From contig MU004193.1 of assembly GCA_010093605.1 (NCBI GenBank), positions 999,520 through 1,063,519 of the forward strand: a stretch of 64,000 bases of DNA, read 5' to 3'. Position 1 is the stretch's first letter, and every line of letters starts with the position of its first letter. This DNA comes from Lophium mytilinum (taxonomy: Eukaryota). Made by a program: the position numbers and the translations under genes. Below, in pieces: positions 62,846 through 64,000 of this stretch. The notes under the pieces were generated by a model. The model had not been told where the DNA came from. It made no database searches and saw nothing but the letters and a program-made list of their open reading frames with translations.

Positions 62846-64000
62846 TTAAACAAGTGTAATAGTGATTTGCTCCGCTACTTCGTGCGCTTGGACGAAACCT
62901 TCCACGTCGTCGCCCCTTGCGATGAAATGTCCTAGCCTCTCGTAAGCATTCCCGTCTTTAGGACGCGGTACCAGTAAAAGACCCTCTGCACAATCCATGT
63001 CCCTGAGATGATTGTCGTGAAAAGGGCCTTCGTGAAAAGGGCCTTCGTGAAAACATCGTTGTATAATGGTCAAATAGATATGACGAGGCTGATCGTCGGT
63101 GTCTTCTGGATGGTCCATTGAAACCCTCGTGAAAGGTGCATAGGCGAATGTTATGTTATGCTGGGTGTTTGCAAAGGTCAGATCTCCTATGAAATTGTGC
63201 CCGTTGAAGGACTTCTGTTTGATGATAGCTGGAATGAGTTTGCATCGTATCTGCATTGAAGCATGTACGAGCTCACCAGAGCGCTTAGCCTTGACGTCTA
63301 GATCGACAAGATCCACCCAGATCGGCTTATTCTCGCAGCGTCTATGGTGGTGACTCATGGTGCTGGGCCATACCGTGCCGTTCGTGCTGGCCCAGCTCCA
63401 CGTGGGTGCTCTCCATTTCAACGGCCGTGCTAGAGCTGTACCGCTCCAAGATTCCATGGACCAACACAATTCTTCAATTATTCGGTTACGCCAAAGTCCA
63501 GCGACCAAGTTATCGTCTAAGGCTTCGGTTACATCTTGTGCTATACCTCGAATCGCAACTAGTTTATCCTCCTCTTTCGTCATCTCACATTCGGTGTATG
63601 AGATTCTGAAAACAGCCCACAGATAGTATATCTCATGGGCTGATATGGGGTCTGCATTCAGATCATGATCAGAAGATTTCACGGAATCAAGGCTCTCCAA
63701 AGCCTGAGTGGAAGACTGGCGAGCTTTCTTATGATTGAAAATCCCGAGACGTCGAGCCAGAGAGCTGGCATCGTCGGACCAAGTGAGCATCGCCCATTTT
63801 GGTAGACCACCAGGATATACTTCGCTGGCTTTGCAATGCTGGCATTCCCAAAACACTTGTCGAGCACCAAAGTGGAGAATTCTTGGGGACAGGTACCGCT
63901 CCTGACTGACCCATGCTCTCTTGTTCAAAGGGGCTTTTTCGACGTTGTCGAACCAGACGTCTTGGTTATCACAATAGTAGGATCCGGCGGATGGAAATTT
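62846..64000 (-). CDS. HET domain protein, C-terminal part (5' end beyond window)
   Basis: APLNKRAWVSQERYLSPRILHFG..QVFWEC, YTECEMTKEEDKLVAIRGIA, AGLW, WRAPTWSWAS, YERLG. Confidence 0.88.
   Translation of the reverse strand, partial: KFPSAGSYYCDNQDVWFDNVEKAPLNKRAWVSQERYLSPRILHFGARQVFWECQHCKASEVYPGGLPKWAMLTWSDDASSLARRLGIFNHKKARQSSTQALESLDSVKSSDHDLNADPISAHEIYYLWAVFRISYTECEMTKEEDKLVAIRGIAQDVTEALDDNLVAGLWRNRIIEELCWSMESWSGTALARPLKWRAPTWSWASTNGTVWPSTMSHHHRRCENKPIWVDLVDLDVKAKRSGELVHASMQIRCKLIPAIIKQKSFNGHNFIGDLTFANTQHNITFAYAPFTRVSMDHPEDTDDQPRHIYLTIIQRCFHEGPFHEGPFHDNHLRDMDCAEGLLLVPRPKDGNAYERLGHFIARGDDVEGFVQAHEVAEQITITLV

Overview
Genomic DNA of a filamentous ascomycete (Pezizomycotina): intron-containing genes with GT..CTRAC..YAG signals, so many ORF-track entries are single exons. 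Left half: a decayed arginyl-tRNA synthetase fragment, haspin kinase, a degenerate ~90-bp repeat array, a stand-alone histone H4, an R/E/P-rich protein, an amino-acid permease, an exonuclease-like gene, a nonsense-disrupted membrane-protein gene, and an MDR reductase / Zn2Cys6 factor / SnoaL-like module whose two enzyme promoters share a CCG-N9-CGG site. Middle: a HeLo-(pseudo)kinase-IQ-trypsin-like protease fusion, then a compact cluster of a TauD/CAS-like Fe/2OG dioxygenase, a small gene with three RGRDGYNGPF repeats, a GNAT acetyltransferase and a zinc-cluster-like regulator. This cluster is my best candidate for an undescribed repeat-peptide (RiPP-like) system. Right third: mitochondrial-carrier-family and F-box genes, then an immunity-like region with a SNF2-RING helicase head-to-head with a NACHT-C2H2-ankyrin NLR, a membrane glycoprotein, a metallo-beta-lactamase-like remnant and two convergent HET-domain genes. 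All calls come from reading motifs by eye; no searches were run, and exon boundaries are manual.
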